A DNA stretch of 64,000 bases from an uncultured Planctomycetota bacterium (lineage in GTDB: Bacteria; Planctomycetota; Planctomycetia; Isosphaerales; Isosphaeraceae): contig CAWGMQ010000004.1 of NCBI GenBank assembly GCA_963823665.1, forward strand, positions 1,696,001 through 1,760,000. The letters are read 5' to 3'. The position numbers were made by a program, and so were the translations under genes. Every line of letters starts with the position of its first letter. The first letter of the stretch is position 1. Positions 63,524-64,000 of this stretch are shown here, piece by piece. Below the pieces are notes generated by a model, which saw only the letters and a list, made by a program, of their open reading frames with translations, did no database searches and was not told where the DNA came from.

Positions 63524-64000
63524 ATGTCGGTGGCGAGCCCTCCCGAGCCGGCGGAAAAATCGCAACGCCCAGGCCGGACAGGCGCCGAGCCGGCCGATTC
63601 GCTGGCGGAGCCGTCGCTCTGGACAGCGCGAGCGCTGGACGGATCACTGATCGTTCTCTTTCTGACGCTGGCGTTTCTGCTGGGCAGCTTTCCGCTCAAG
63701 GACGCCGACATTTACTGGCATCTACGAACGGGCGATCTCATCCGGCAGACGGGCACCGTTCCCCGGACCGATATCTTCACATTCACTCGTGAAGGCACAC
63801 CCTGGATCGATTTGCACTGGATCTTTCAGATCGCCATAAGCTGGCTGCATGAGCGCGGCGGGGTGCCCGCACTCAACATAGCCAAATGCGTTGTCACGTG
63901 CCTGGCGCTGCTCATATTGATTGCTGCCCGCAAACGCGATTGGCCCATCCCGGTGATGGTTCTTGCGTGGCTGCCCGCGCTGTTTGTGCTGGCAGGGCGC
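63524..64000 (+). CDS. Polytopic membrane protein (GT-C-like), runs off window end
   Basis: Manual translation: DADIYWHLRTG..VPRTDIFTFT..WIDLHWIFQ. Confidence 0.75.
   Translation, partial: MSVASPPEPAEKSQRPGRTGAEPADSLAEPSLWTARALDGSLIVLFLTLAFLLGSFPLKDADIYWHLRTGDLIRQTGTVPRTDIFTFTREGTPWIDLHWIFQIAISWLHERGGVPALNIAKCVVTCLALLILIAARKRDWPIPVMVLAWLPALFVLAGR

Overview
High-GC bacterial DNA with Planctomycetota hallmarks (DUF1559 prepilin-like gene with partner lipoprotein, 'LExRxLLS' planctomycete export motifs, PEP-CTERM, CCCTTCGC-N3-GCGAAGGG hairpin repeats); Isosphaeraceae-like by inference. About 1-15.5 kb and 54.6-64 kb are mostly housekeeping or secreted-protein genes. About 15.5-17.9 kb and 26.6-54.3 kb are a mosaic accessory/defence region: two VapBC-type pairs, AbiEi/AbiEii, a DUF1778-GNAT pair, YhcG, an HD-domain + Hint pair, an IS91-like transposase with integrase, a truncated tyrosine recombinase and an IS1182. 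Main observations: (1) a coupled three-gene operon, DUF559 nuclease - unknown protein - double ATPase (AAA-like + HerA/FtsK), a candidate defence system; (2) four dif-like 11-6-11 sites with reassorted arms and different spacers that bound nested segments carrying tyrosine recombinases, one cutting a VOC gene; (3) two gene-fragment 'scaffolds' each present four times, interleaved with different cargo; (4) a Tes/GDGT-MAS-like radical SAM - membrane proteins - Lgt-like operon; (5) IS1182 inserted exactly in the loop of a REP-like hairpin. Several genes carry single-base frameshifts that may be long-read errors. All product calls come from motif recognition, not database searches.
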